A DNA stretch of 64,000 bases from an uncultured bacterium (GTDB taxonomy: Bacteria; Cyanobacteriota; Cyanobacteriia; Cyanobacteriales; Geitlerinemataceae), in NCBI GenBank assembly GCA_964420595.1, contig CAYQUF010000005.1, forward strand, positions 187-64,186, written 5' to 3'. Under the pieces are notes generated by a model. The model did not search any database. It worked only from the letters and a program-made list of their open reading frames with translations, and had not been told where the DNA came from. A program made the position numbers and the translations under genes. Within the stretch, counting starts at the first letter, position 1. Each line of letters begins with the position of its first letter. Of this stretch, positions 9,550 to 19,560 are shown piece by piece.

Positions 9550-10619
9550 CGAACGAACTGTTAATCAATCTTTCTTTTGTCATTCCCAAACCGACCGGAT
9601 TGGCAACCTACGCGCGCAATTTATTTCCCCACTTGCGATCGCTCCATCCCACCTTACTCTCGGCGCAACCCGTCGCCGATTACCACACCTATCCCGTCCC
9701 GCCCAATCTCACCCCCGACCAAGGCTCGCGAGGACATTTCAACCGCTTGGTGTGGACGCAGCGACAGCTCCCCAAAATTTACCAAAAACTGCGATCGCGC
9801 CTGCTTTTTTCCCCAATTCCCGAAGCACCCATTGCCTCGAAATGTCGCTACGTCGTCACCGTTCACGACCTGATCCCGCTGCGGTTTCCCCGTCGCTTCT
9901 CCCCCCTGCTGCCCTATCACAAATATTACATTCCCCAGGTGTTGCGCCGCGCCGAGCGCATCCTGTGCGACTCCGAAGCCACCGCCAGCGATATCGTCAA
10001 TTTTTATCGAATTCCGGCAGAAAAAATTACCCCCGTTCCCCTGGCGTGCGATACGAATCGATTTGAATTTCTCGATTTGCCGACGAGCCATTACTTTTTT
10101 TATATCGGTCGCCACGATCCCTATAAAAATTTAAATCGCCTCATCGCCGCCTTCGCCGCCATGCCATCGAAACAAGCGTGCGAACTGTGGATCGCCGGTC
10201 CCCCCGACCCCCGCTACACGCCGATTTTACAAACCCAGGCACAGGAACTTGGAATTGGCGATCGCGTCAAATTTCTCGGGTATGTCGATTACGACAAACT
10301 GCCGATTTTAATCAATCAAGCGATCGCGCTCGTGTTTCCCTCACTCTGGGAAGGATTCGGACTTCCGGTTCTCGAAGCCATGGCGTGCGGCACCCCCGTG
10401 GTGACCTCCAACCTCTCGTCGCTGCCAGAAGTGGCGGGAGAGGCGGCGTTATTGGTCGATCCCTATAACGTCAGCGAAATCGCCGTTGCCATGAACGCCC
10501 TCGCCACCGAACCCCAAACGCGATCGCGCTTGCGTACCCTCGGTTTAGCCCGCTCGCGCCAGTTTAGCTGGACGAAAACGGGTCGAACCGTGGCTCGAAT
10601 CCTGAGTCAGTATTTGTGA
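9546..10619 (+). CDS. Glycosyltransferase family 4 (GT-B)
   Basis: '[30 protein letters not shown]' is the GT4 C-terminal signature. A TTG start overlaps the upstream stop (TTGA). Confidence 0.85.
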   Translation: MTNELLINLSFVIPKPTGLATYARNLFPHLRSLHPTLLSAQPVADYHTYPVPPNLTPDQGSRGHFNRLVWTQRQLPKIYQKLRSRLLFSPIPEAPIASKCRYVVTVHDLIPLRFPRRFSPLLPYHKYYIPQVLRRAERILCDSEATASDIVNFYRIPAEKITPVPLACDTNRFEFLDLPTSHYFFYIGRHDPYKNLNRLIAAFAAMPSKQACELWIAGPPDPRYTPILQTQAQELGIGDRVKFLGYVDYDKLPILINQAIALVFPSLWEGFGLPVLEAMACGTPVVTSNLSSLPEVAGEAALLVDPYNVSEIAVAMNALATEPQTRSRLRTLGLARSRQFSWTKTGRTVARILSQYL

Positions 10620-10696
10620 ACTGTAGATTGGGTTAACGAGTTAATAGTGCTATTCTCCACTTGAATATCTGTTGTGTGTGGAGTGCTTAAAATTTT

Positions 10697-12121
10697 ATGG
10701 TTTCTTCTCCTGCCAAACATCAAACGATTCCCGCATTCGACGCGATCGATCTTGCCTTACCCACATCGCCGCTCTTTGGCACCGACGGGATTCGCGGTCG
10801 TGCGGGCGAATTGCTCGGCGCACCCCTAGCGTTACAAGTCGGCTATTGGGCGGGTCAGGTATTGCGATCGCGCGTTGCCAATGACGCCCCCGTCCTGCTC
10901 GGACGCGATTCTAGAAATTCGGGCAATATGCTGACCATGGCGCTATCGGCGGGGTTGAGTGCGGCGGGAGTCGATGTTTGGGATTTGGGGCTGTGTCCGA
11001 CCCCCTGCGTTGCGCATTTGACCAGCGTATCCGATGCCATGGGCGGCGTGATGATTTCCGCCAGCCACAATCCCCCCGAAGACAACGGGATCAAGTTTTT
11101 CGGTCCCGACGGTCACAAACTCTCGGCTCAGTTGCAAGATCGGATTGAAGCCGGAGTGCGCGGTCGGTTGGCGACTTTGGTAGCGAACGGTCGTTGGGGT
11201 CGTCACAGCACGCGATCGGAATTAGTACGCGACTATCTCGATTCGCTGCAAACGCCCTTGTTACCTGCCTTGAACCTGGACGGGATGAAAGTGGTGTTAG
11301 ATTTGGCGTGGGGTGCCGCCTCGGAAGTCGCCCCGATCGTGTTTCGAGCCATGGGTGCCGACACCATTTGCTTGCACGATCGCCCCGACGGCGACCGAAT
11401 TAACGTCAACTGCGGCTCGACCCACCTCAAACCCTTGAGTGCGGCGGTGAAGCACCACAACGCCGACTTGGGATTTGCCTTCGACGGCGATGCCGATCGC
11501 GTGCTGGCGGTAGACCGTCGCGGCAGAATGGTGGACGGGGACTATACCTTGTTCCTGTGGGGCAAAACTTTGAGCGAGGCGAACAAACTTCCCAACAACG
11601 CGATCGTTTCGACCGTGATGGCGAACTTGGGATTCGAGCGAGCTTGGCAGCAACAGGGCGGTCAACTGGTGCGGACTCCCGTAGGCGATCGCTACGTCCA
11701 CGCCGAAATGCTCAAATCCGGCTCCATGCTCGGCGGCGAACAGTCGGGACACACCATCTGCCGGCATTATGGCATCAGCGGCGACGGATTGCTGACCGCG
11801 TTGCACCTGGCGGCGTTGGTGAAGCGCAGCGGGACTTCGTTGGACGAGTTAGTCGATGGCAGTTTTAAGACGTATCCGCAATTGTTGCGTAACGTGCGAG
11901 TTGAAGATCGCGATCGCCGCATGAACTGGAAGCAGTGCGACGCCGTCCAGCAGGCGATCGATCGGGCGCAAACCGACATGGGCGATCGCGGACGGGTGTT
12001 AGTGCGAGCCTCGGGAACCGAACCCGTAATTCGCGTCATGGTCGAAGCCGCAACCGCCGACCTCGCCGACCGCTGGGCAGAGAATTTGGTCTTGTCGGTA
12101 CGCCAGCATCTCGCTTCCTAG
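10697..12121 (+). CDS. glmM: Phosphoglucosamine mutase
   Basis: 'GTDGIRG', active-site '[15 protein letters not shown]', 'FDGDADR' and 'GGEQSGH'. Confidence 0.93.
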   Translation: MVSSPAKHQTIPAFDAIDLALPTSPLFGTDGIRGRAGELLGAPLALQVGYWAGQVLRSRVANDAPVLLGRDSRNSGNMLTMALSAGLSAAGVDVWDLGLCPTPCVAHLTSVSDAMGGVMISASHNPPEDNGIKFFGPDGHKLSAQLQDRIEAGVRGRLATLVANGRWGRHSTRSELVRDYLDSLQTPLLPALNLDGMKVVLDLAWGAASEVAPIVFRAMGADTICLHDRPDGDRINVNCGSTHLKPLSAAVKHHNADLGFAFDGDADRVLAVDRRGRMVDGDYTLFLWGKTLSEANKLPNNAIVSTVMANLGFERAWQQQGGQLVRTPVGDRYVHAEMLKSGSMLGGEQSGHTICRHYGISGDGLLTALHLAALVKRSGTSLDELVDGSFKTYPQLLRNVRVEDRDRRMNWKQCDAVQQAIDRAQTDMGDRGRVLVRASGTEPVIRVMVEAATADLADRWAENLVLSVRQHLAS

Positions 12122-12128
12122 AAAGTCG

Positions 12129-12148
12129 GGGCGGTTTGCAAACCGCCC
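12129..12148. repeat. Perfect 20-bp palindrome GGGCGGTTTGCAAACCGCCC; a dispersed hairpin element with a second copy at 38588-38607
   Basis: Read directly from the sequence, starting 8 nt after the glmM stop. Both copies share GGGCGGTT...AACCGCCC with a flanking GTAC. Confidence 0.8.
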
Positions 12149-12296
12149 GTACCCTCATCTCCAAAAGTGGGCATCGACCGAACTTGCTTGTTACCCTCTA
12201 AAAGAGGGAATAACGGCTAGGCATTCGACGGGTCTGTTGTTTCCTAACCCGTATCTCTGGGTTTGAGAGTCTCGTCCCGCGACCCCCGATCGATTC

Positions 12297-13979
12297 ATGA
12301 TCCGACGCAAATCATCTCGCTCGAAAAAAGCGAAACAGACCGCCGACACGCCAGCCAATTCTGAAGATCGACCGCTCACCAAACAAGAATTAGCCGCTCG
12401 CAAGCGACAAATCGCCCGAACCCGCAAAGAAGTCATTCAAACCGTCGTAACGGCTGGGACGGTTGGACTCTTAATTGCCGCCGCTTTATTTGTCGTCAAA
12501 GGCGCAAAACTGGCAGTCGTGGGTTGGGCGGGCGTCATTGTCCTCGCCCTTTCTTATAAATATCCCCGTCAGGCATTGTGGGCATTTGCGATTTATATGC
12601 CCTTCGCCGGAACCATTACCTATACCGTTGGCGGTAACGAGCCCAGCCCAATTTTTCAACTGGCTAAAGATGGGTTTTACATTCCTGCTTTAGTCGCATT
12701 TTACCAACAGTGGCGCAAGCAAAGATTGCCCCTCATCGTCTCTAAAGCACTCAAACCAACATTTTACACGTTACTAACGGTTTGTGGCGTCACTTTTCTG
12801 TTGGTGAACTGCGTGCAGCAATTTTCCTCCAATCCCCAAGGAAAACCCATTCTCATGGCGATCTTGGGATTGAAAGTATTAATTGGTTATATTCCCCTGC
12901 TGCCGTGCGTTTATTACCTACTTCGCAATAAAAAAGAATTTTTGTTCTTTACTCGCTTGCACCTCGTGCTGGCATTGGCGTGCTGTTTTCTCGGCTTGGT
13001 GCAATATCTCTTGCTCTCGCGAGGGATTTGCGTGGGAACGCGCAACCTTGAAGGGGCAGATTTGTTCCGAGCCAGTATCGACGCACGATGTTACTTTGGC
13101 GGATCGTTGCTCTACAGTCCCCAAGTTAATATGATTCGTTTGCCCGGAACCTTTGTAGCACCTTGGCAATGGGCGTGGTTTTTAATTTCTAATATCTTTG
13201 TCGCCTTCGCCTCGGCATTTAGCGATCCGTCTTTGTGGTGGCGAATTGCAGGAATGGCGGGCATGGTGCTGGTATTTGTCAACTCGGCAATTTCGGGTCA
13301 GCGGATCGCCTTATTAGTGGTTCCGTTCATGACCGTTGTTTTGCTATTTTTAACCGGACAAATTACGAATGTTAAACGATTTATCCCGATTGGTGCCGGT
13401 CTTGTCTTAATTTTAGGCGTGGCTGTCGTGGCATTTCCCGACATTATTGAAGAACGGGTTCAAAGCACGATCGATCGCTGGAATGCTTCGCCACCGACGG
13501 AATTTATCGCCCACCAAGCTGAATTTACGTCTAAATCGCAGCAAGGATTGTTTGGCAATGGATTGGGACGCGCCACCAATTCAGCCAGGGTCTTTGGCGA
13601 TACGCAACTGATCGAAACCTATCACCCAAAAGTCTTTTACGAAATCGGTCCGTTTGGTTTGATTGCCGTCTTGGCATTTTATACGGCGGTGATGGTTCAA
13701 TGCTTCAAGGCGTATCGGTCGGTGCGCGACCCCAGCTTGCGGACGTTTGGCGCAAGTTATTGGGTTTTTATTCTGTTTATTAGTTACGACCCGTATTACT
13801 ATCCGTTAGATGTCGATCCGGTCGCCGTTTATTACTGGATGTTTGCCGGATTGGTGTTGAAAATTCCAGAAATCGAACGACAAGAGCAAGAAAAAGCCGC
13901 GCAACTGAATGGAGATGCGCCTGAAGATAGCGATCGCCGCTCGAAGAAAAAGAAACGAAGGCGTACCAAACGCTCGTAG
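12297..13979 (+). CDS. O-antigen ligase/polymerase (Wzy)-like polytopic membrane protein
   Basis: 560 aa with at least 10 hydrophobic helices and a large loop. It has basic termini and sits in a glycan locus. The family call is from architecture only. Confidence 0.55.
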   Translation: MIRRKSSRSKKAKQTADTPANSEDRPLTKQELAARKRQIARTRKEVIQTVVTAGTVGLLIAAALFVVKGAKLAVVGWAGVIVLALSYKYPRQALWAFAIYMPFAGTITYTVGGNEPSPIFQLAKDGFYIPALVAFYQQWRKQRLPLIVSKALKPTFYTLLTVCGVTFLLVNCVQQFSSNPQGKPILMAILGLKVLIGYIPLLPCVYYLLRNKKEFLFFTRLHLVLALACCFLGLVQYLLLSRGICVGTRNLEGADLFRASIDARCYFGGSLLYSPQVNMIRLPGTFVAPWQWAWFLISNIFVAFASAFSDPSLWWRIAGMAGMVLVFVNSAISGQRIALLVVPFMTVVLLFLTGQITNVKRFIPIGAGLVLILGVAVVAFPDIIEERVQSTIDRWNASPPTEFIAHQAEFTSKSQQGLFGNGLGRATNSARVFGDTQLIETYHPKVFYEIGPFGLIAVLAFYTAVMVQCFKAYRSVRDPSLRTFGASYWVFILFISYDPYYYPLDVDPVAVYYWMFAGLVLKIPEIERQEQEKAAQLNGDAPEDSDRRSKKKKRRRTKRS

Positions 13980-13998
13980 AGCCGTTGTTAGGGGAGTG

Positions 13999-14910
13999 TC
14001 AATGAATGTCAATGCGCCGTCTTTGCGACCCGGACGAATCATTATCGTCTGAATCCCCTGACGAACCGTAGTTGCGATCCGGTTGAGGTTGAATGCGAAT
14101 CGGTCGGCGGTTGCGGCGGCGGTTTTGCGCTTCGTCGCTATCTTCCACTGCATCGCGCACGTCATCGAGACTCCACCCTTCCGATAGGCGTTCGGTCCAA
14201 GTGCGGCGACCGCTAGAGTCCAAATTGCGCCCTAATTCTTCCCGATAGATTTCGTCGATCTTGCGTTCGGCTTCTCGCGAGCCAGCGATTTCTTCGCGAA
14301 TGTCGTCTAGCGTCCAACCGCGATCTAAGGCGCGCAACCAGGTTCGCAATCCATCGTAATCCACATCGCGATCGAGGACTTCGTTATAAATTTCGTTGAT
14401 ATCCGATTGCACTCGGCGCGAATAGCGATCGCGATAATCGTCGTCGTCATAGTAGTCGTCGTCGTAGCGACGGTCGTAATCGCGGTAATTGTCTAACCCT
14501 CGCGTATCCGTAAGAATCGCGCCATCGAGATCGATCCCGCGCAATTCGGCGTAGCGGAAATCGGCGTCTTCTAAATTCGCATCTTCAAAGTTGGCGTCGC
14601 GGAGATCGCTGCGGAAAAAATCGGCGTCTTCTAAATTCGCATCTTCAAAATTTGCCCGCTGCAAATTGGCATACCGCAAGCTCGCATCGCGCAAGTCGGC
14701 GTCTTCGAAGTCGGCGTTGCGAAGATCGGCATATCTTAAGTTGGCTCGCTGCAAATCTGCTCTTTCGAGATCGGCACCCCGCAGGTCGCACCGCACGCAC
14801 GATCCGGTTCGCAACAGACGATCGAGGTCGGAGCGATCGTACCCTCTGGCGGGTGCGGCGAGTGCAAACGGAACTAAAAGACCGATGATGGCGAGCAATC
14901 GAGCGTTCAT
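13999..14910 (-). CDS. Secreted pentapeptide-repeat protein fused to two DUF4214-like repeats
   Basis: Signal peptide 'MNARLLAIIGLLVPFALAAPARG' and about 20 A(D/N)LXX pentapeptides. A D/Y/R-rich linker follows. Two 'EIY.E.L.R..D..G.R.W...L..GW(T/S)LDD(I/V)R' units complete it. Confidence 0.8.
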   Translation of the reverse strand: MNARLLAIIGLLVPFALAAPARGYDRSDLDRLLRTGSCVRCDLRGADLERADLQRANLRYADLRNADFEDADLRDASLRYANLQRANFEDANLEDADFFRSDLRDANFEDANLEDADFRYAELRGIDLDGAILTDTRGLDNYRDYDRRYDDDYYDDDDYRDRYSRRVQSDINEIYNEVLDRDVDYDGLRTWLRALDRGWTLDDIREEIAGSREAERKIDEIYREELGRNLDSSGRRTWTERLSEGWSLDDVRDAVEDSDEAQNRRRNRRPIRIQPQPDRNYGSSGDSDDNDSSGSQRRRIDIH

Positions 14911-15089
14911 GATGTTTCCCCCGACGGGACAGTGGTTCTCTACTACCTATATAGATCCTTTTTCGGGAGATTGAGTTCCGCCTCCGGATTTAGCCCGATC
15001 GGGTGAATTTAGGGCGCGATCGCTCATGAGCATTCTGCACTCTTGCCGTCGAACCCGGTGCAAGTTCGCATAGTGGCATGATAGCAGGG

Positions 15090-15296
15090 CTATTGGAATT
15101 GAAACTTGTCGATCGCCAAGGGCGCGGCGAGCAGTAATGCCTTAATCATCCAGGGGGCAAACCACAAGCTCAAAAACAAGCACAGGATGGCAATGCCAGC
15201 CATCGAAACTTTGATTATCTCTTCCTTTGTATTGACGCTCCAGCAGACCGCAACAGAGGCGATCGCCAAGCTCATCAATGAAGGCACGAGCATCAT
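15090..15296 (-). CDS. Small hypothetical membrane protein (two predicted TM helices)
   Basis: The 68-aa ORF has two hydrophobic stretches. A competing + strand ORF (15106-15369) cannot be excluded. Confidence 0.35.
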   Translation of the reverse strand: MMLVPSLMSLAIASVAVCWSVNTKEEIIKVSMAGIAILCLFLSLWFAPWMIKALLLAAPLAIDKFQFQ

Positions 15297-15621
15297 AACT
15301 ACCTCGAATGATGAATTAGGATGCAGTGCGTTCCTTCGGCGTCAAAACCTACTTCCGTCCCTCCACTAGCGAGTTCGTATCGGACTGCGTGGCGAGATGA
15401 ACGATTAATAACTGTAAACTAGACTACAGGATTTTTTAATGTTGTCAAGACCGATACCGAATTTGTTGTTGAGATTTCAGAACAATGTTAAAGAATGATG
15501 ACAATATAGTGCATTGATTTGACAATAAGAAAACTTGGTGCGACGAGATCGTAGCGTTTCCCAGATTGTCAGGGTTCAACTCTCCGATTGCCTTCCTCAA
15601 CTCAGGCGTACCGCGCGTCAC

Positions 15622-17478
15622 TTATCTAGATTCCGACCACTGCGGTTGCGTTAGCGTCCCTCGCAATTGCCATCGACCCCGTTGGGGATGCTCCACCGTC
15701 AATTCGCCGCTATCGAGGGGTTGGCGGACGTAGGGACTGTCGAGAACGGCAGCGTTGGAGGGGGGATAGGGCTGACCGTTGAGGCGCGAGCGATCTGCCG
15801 TATCGGTCATCTCCAGGCGATCGCCGTCCAAACTGGTATATTGTAGCTGACCTTCGCTTGACCAACCACTATCGTTAACCGTGGCGCGATCGAGAGCTTT
15901 GGTTAATTGGGCGAAGCTGGGATAAGCTCGCACCGTGGCAATATCGGTTATCCACGCCGTGCGCCGTCCCGTCGCCACCAAAGCTTGATAGTCCTCCCGC
16001 TCGGGGGACACCGGATTCTGCAAGCGAACTGCATCGCCCCACGCGCGAGCGCACAGCCAGATATTCTCAATTTGCCACACGTACCAATCCCCGTGTCGTC
16101 GGGGGTCGCCGTAGCGGTTGGGGAGGACTAAATGCGATCGCGCCGGAACTCCCGCCTCGATGTCCGTTGGGTTTAAAATCAGTTGGTACATCACCGCCGC
16201 GCGACCTTGCAAATAGCGATCGCCCGGACTGCTTCCCGTCGCCATGGGAGAGTGATAAGTCCCGCCCAAACTCATCACGGCGTTGTTTTGACCTTCGCGA
16301 TCGCGCGCGACTAATTTATAAGTGGCATATTGGGCGTTAATTGTCCCCTTCACCTGATAGGATTTTGCCGGATTGATTAACGTCGCCAAACTGTAATCTT
16401 CGGTCACGTAAAACCGCTCCCAAAACCGATTGGCATCGCGATAGCCGTAATAGGTCGGATGGCTGGCTTCGAGCAAAAACGGCAGCTTCACCTGCTTTTG
16501 CGCCAGGTCTTTTAAATGCGGCGGCGGACGATAGGAACTCAACGCCACCGGCAGAGCAAGGCGAGCTTGTCCCGAATTCATTTGAGAGGCGATCGCTTCC
16601 GGATCGGTGTTGTCTCCCCACCACATCCACGCCACCGCCGCCGCACCGCTATTCCAAGTTTGGCGATCGAATCCGCGACTTTCAGCTCCACCAATCGTGC
16701 CCCAACTGAGGCGCAACGCCAAATTGGTCGCCAACCAATCGAGGGCGGCTTTGGCTAATTCTCGCCGTTCCGGGGTTTTGGCAAAATCGTATAAATTGAG
16801 CAAGCCTCCAATACTGTACCCGTAGTAAATCGACGAATGAAATTCCCCTTGTCCGACGGTTAGCAACTTTTGCAACTCGGCGCGAAACCACCCTTCAATC
16901 GTGGCTGGCGTCGCGGGATCGCCCATCGGAAATCCGCTTCCGTCCATCAGCGCCAATCCCGACAGCCGATGCATGTACATATGGTTTTCCGTCCCCGTCT
17001 CCAACCACTCGAACACGCGCGGCGGTTGTAGCATTTGACGATAAGACGCGACAATCTCATCCGGGAGGCGATCGCGAAATTCAAAAAACAGGCGAACGTC
17101 GAGATAGCTGCGAAAGTGATATAAATCCGGTTTGTCGCGCTCCAAATTCCGCAGAATCTGCCAAATTTCGGCAGACTCGTCCGTTTCTTCCAAACTCAAT
17201 CGCGCCACGATGACCGGGAGCAAATACTTGTGGGGATCGCCAATCTCCTCCCGCCGCCACCAGCGATCCAGTTCCGCTAGATCCAACGCCGCCAGCTTTT
17301 TGCGAATCGCCAGACCGCGCAAGTGAAACGCCGCCTCCGACGCGCGATCGCCCGGACGCGACGAATTCGACGATAATGAACTCGGCGATCGCCCATCCGT
17401 TCCCATCGCACAACCCGCGATCGTCGAGAGCAATACTACCATCGCGATCGCCCATCCCCTAACGGTGAATCGTCCCAT
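15622..17478 (-). CDS. Secreted lipoprotein of unknown function; possible polysaccharide-lyase-like fold
   Basis: Lipobox 'LSTIAGC' follows a basic n-region. The 618-aa protein has a helical N-half ('TGTENHMYMH') and a beta-rich C-half. The functional guess is weak. Confidence 0.6.
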   Translation of the reverse strand: MGRFTVRGWAIAMVVLLSTIAGCAMGTDGRSPSSLSSNSSRPGDRASEAAFHLRGLAIRKKLAALDLAELDRWWRREEIGDPHKYLLPVIVARLSLEETDESAEIWQILRNLERDKPDLYHFRSYLDVRLFFEFRDRLPDEIVASYRQMLQPPRVFEWLETGTENHMYMHRLSGLALMDGSGFPMGDPATPATIEGWFRAELQKLLTVGQGEFHSSIYYGYSIGGLLNLYDFAKTPERRELAKAALDWLATNLALRLSWGTIGGAESRGFDRQTWNSGAAAVAWMWWGDNTDPEAIASQMNSGQARLALPVALSSYRPPPHLKDLAQKQVKLPFLLEASHPTYYGYRDANRFWERFYVTEDYSLATLINPAKSYQVKGTINAQYATYKLVARDREGQNNAVMSLGGTYHSPMATGSSPGDRYLQGRAAVMYQLILNPTDIEAGVPARSHLVLPNRYGDPRRHGDWYVWQIENIWLCARAWGDAVRLQNPVSPEREDYQALVATGRRTAWITDIATVRAYPSFAQLTKALDRATVNDSGWSSEGQLQYTSLDGDRLEMTDTADRSRLNGQPYPPSNAAVLDSPYVRQPLDSGELTVEHPQRGRWQLRGTLTQPQWSESR

Positions 17479-18295
17479 CCGGCATTATCGCCCCTCGCAA
17501 CTGCGTCTTGCTCAAATTCGCCCCGTCCAGATTCGCCCCCTGCAAGTTCGCCTGTTTCAAATTCGCCCCCCGCAAATTCGCATCAGCTAAGTTTGCCCCA
17601 GCCAAATTCGCCTTACTCAGATTTGCCCATCTTAACGTCGCTCCCTGCAAATCCGCACCACTCAGATTCGCCTCCACCCCGTAGATACGGCTCAAATAGG
17701 CACCGATCGAACTCGCCTGATGCAAATTAGCCTGATACAGATACGCCCCCACCAACTCCGCATAGTGAAAATTCGCTCGCGCCAAATTCGCCTGATTCAG
17801 CGACGTCGAAATCAAATCCGCATCGCCGAAATTCGCCCGCATCAGTTGCGCTCGGTTTAAATCGGCTTCCCGCAGATTCGCTCCCTTAAAATTGCCGCCA
17901 CTGCCATTCACCTCGCTCAAATCGGCAACAATGAAAATGGCTCCCCGAAAATCCGCCGCCACGGGACTGGCGCGACGCAAATCCGCTCCGGTAAAATCGG
18001 CTTCAACTGCCTGCACGTCCACCAATTCTGCCCTCACCAGCTTCGCATCTACCAGGGTCGTCCCCGATAAATCCGCCTGAGTCAGATTCGCCTCCGACAG
18101 GTCAGCCGTCACTAACCTCGTCTGAGTCAGGTCCGCACCTCTCAGATTTGCTCCCCGGAGGTTGGCACCGCGCAAATTGATCGCCCTCAACGTGGCATCG
18201 CTGAGATCCGGACAGACCTGCGGATGCTTTTCGCGCCAATCGATCCACTGCACGGCACCCTTTTGCAATTGAGCGAGATGCTCTCGGTTTGCCAT
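17459..18295 (-). CDS. Pentapeptide-repeat protein
   Basis: Nearly the whole 278 aa is A(N/D)L(X)(G/A) pentapeptides ('ANLRGANLRGANLRGADL'). Confidence 0.9.
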   Translation of the reverse strand: MANREHLAQLQKGAVQWIDWREKHPQVCPDLSDATLRAINLRGANLRGANLRGADLTQTRLVTADLSEANLTQADLSGTTLVDAKLVRAELVDVQAVEADFTGADLRRASPVAADFRGAIFIVADLSEVNGSGGNFKGANLREADLNRAQLMRANFGDADLISTSLNQANLARANFHYAELVGAYLYQANLHQASSIGAYLSRIYGVEANLSGADLQGATLRWANLSKANLAGANLADANLRGANLKQANLQGANLDGANLSKTQLRGAIMPDGTIHR

Positions 18296-18307
18296 TGAGA
18301 CTATCCT

Positions 18308-18949
18308 CTATTCGTCACTTGAATTCGCATCGGGGTCGCGTCCCGGCGAATTTTCAATTGCTGCAAGTGCCGCCGCCGACCCCGCTAGAATATCGCGCTC
18401 TTGTCCGCCGAGGTACAATCGTCCGAAACTGCCCACCGCCTGCACCTGCAAAATATCGATCAGGGAGTATTTCTCCGCTTCGTTCGCCGCGAGCGCCGCG
18501 TATGCAGCCGGTTGCACTTCAAGCACGTAAAGCGTCTCTCCAGCCAGCAGCATTTGACCCCGTCGCGTCCGATTGATTAACTGAGCTTGGTGGGCATCGA
18601 TATTGCGGATAATTTGACTGGACACCACGCGCGGTTTCAGACAATCGCTCGGTCGAGCGCCCAACGCATCTAGGATTGCTATTCCCGCTGTCCGAGTTTC
18701 GCTTTGTCGCTTGGCGTGAATTTCCAACAAGCCGTACAATCGCTCGACCACTTGCACCCCCGGTCGCACGGCGGTGGATTTGAGCGCGACGTCGGTAATC
18801 CGGTTGATTTCGATCCCCGGCGAAATTTCGATCCACAAGGACGTATCCCCCGGTAGGGGTAAAAATCCCAGTGAGACCGTTCCCATGTACGCGGCATGCT
18901 GGGGTTGCAAGCTATCCAGAAACACATAACTGCGTAGCTCGATACCCAA
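18308..18949 (-). CDS. ccmP: Carboxysome shell protein CcmP (tandem BMC-domain)
   Basis: 213 aa. '[25 protein letters not shown]', '[18 protein letters not shown]' and '[27 protein letters not shown]' match my recollection of CcmP. Confidence 0.8.
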   Translation of the reverse strand: MGIELRSYVFLDSLQPQHAAYMGTVSLGFLPLPGDTSLWIEISPGIEINRITDVALKSTAVRPGVQVVERLYGLLEIHAKRQSETRTAGIAILDALGARPSDCLKPRVVSSQIIRNIDAHQAQLINRTRRGQMLLAGETLYVLEVQPAAYAALAANEAEKYSLIDILQVQAVGSFGRLYLGGQERDILAGSAAALAAIENSPGRDPDANSSDE

Positions 18950-19143
18950 AATTCAAATCTCCATACGATATCAGGGGATCGCGTTCGATGCCCTCGAATA
19001 GTGTACAGGTCTACGGCGATGGTGTTGAATGCACGACTGGTTCTGGAAGCCGATATTGGGGAGGCCTCTAGCCTTTCCTCGGTTAGCCAGAAGCTGAAAA
19101 CTGTGGGAATTTAGCAGAGAACCGCTCGTTTCCCGCCGACGAT

Positions 19144-19365
19144 CTATCCTAAAACGCTCGAAACTTCATCCACTAATTGAATCCGTCCCCGACGAATGGC
19201 ACGTAACAGGCGATCGATCGCGCGTCGTTCTTCCATCGGTAAATTTTCATCCAATACCGCCGCCATCAGTCCGTAACGATCGGCTAACGTGATTTGACGG
19301 GTCGCCGTTGCATTGGCTAAGAGTTCGCCAACCGCACAAGGAATCAAGCAAATCGTCGGGAGCAT
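19144..19365 (-). CDS. Small hypothetical protein
   Basis: The 73-aa ORF has no competing frame and a helical, charged C-terminus. No family was recognised. Confidence 0.45.
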   Translation of the reverse strand: MLPTICLIPCAVGELLANATATRQITLADRYGLMAAVLDENLPMEERRAIDRLLRAIRRGRIQLVDEVSSVLG

Positions 19366-19496
19366 AGCAGTTGCATTTGGGATCGGAACTCTACGCTCCT
19401 ACTATCGGTAAAAATAGTAACAATTGGTGCGATCGCGCCGGGCTAAAATTGGCGATCTAGATCGGTCGAATTCGCGATCGCTGTCACAAAACTTAA

Positions 19497-19528
19497 TAAA
19501 AAAACTGAAGCCCGCACGAACGGACTTC
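19497..19528 (-). terminator. Rho-independent terminator downstream of clpS
   Basis: On the minus strand, GAAGTCCG pairs with CGGGCTTC (one mismatch) across a 6-nt loop. AG and a T8 run follow (A-run 19497-19504 on the + strand). Confidence 0.75.
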
Positions 19529-19560
19529 CAAAATCAATTCAATTCGAGACACCGTACTGT

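Noticed and set aside
15560-15600. 'GGTTCAACTCC' string resembling a tRNA T-loop
   Set aside because: The flanking bases do not form a T-stem (CAGGG versus CTCCG), and no acceptor or anticodon arms can be drawn.
17480-18290. Regular 15-nt periodicity that could look like a repeat array or CRISPR
   Set aside because: The periodicity is the coding signature of pentapeptide repeats in a continuous ORF. There are no identical direct repeats separated by unique spacers. The antisense ORF 22636-23151 in the third pentapeptide gene is the same artefact.
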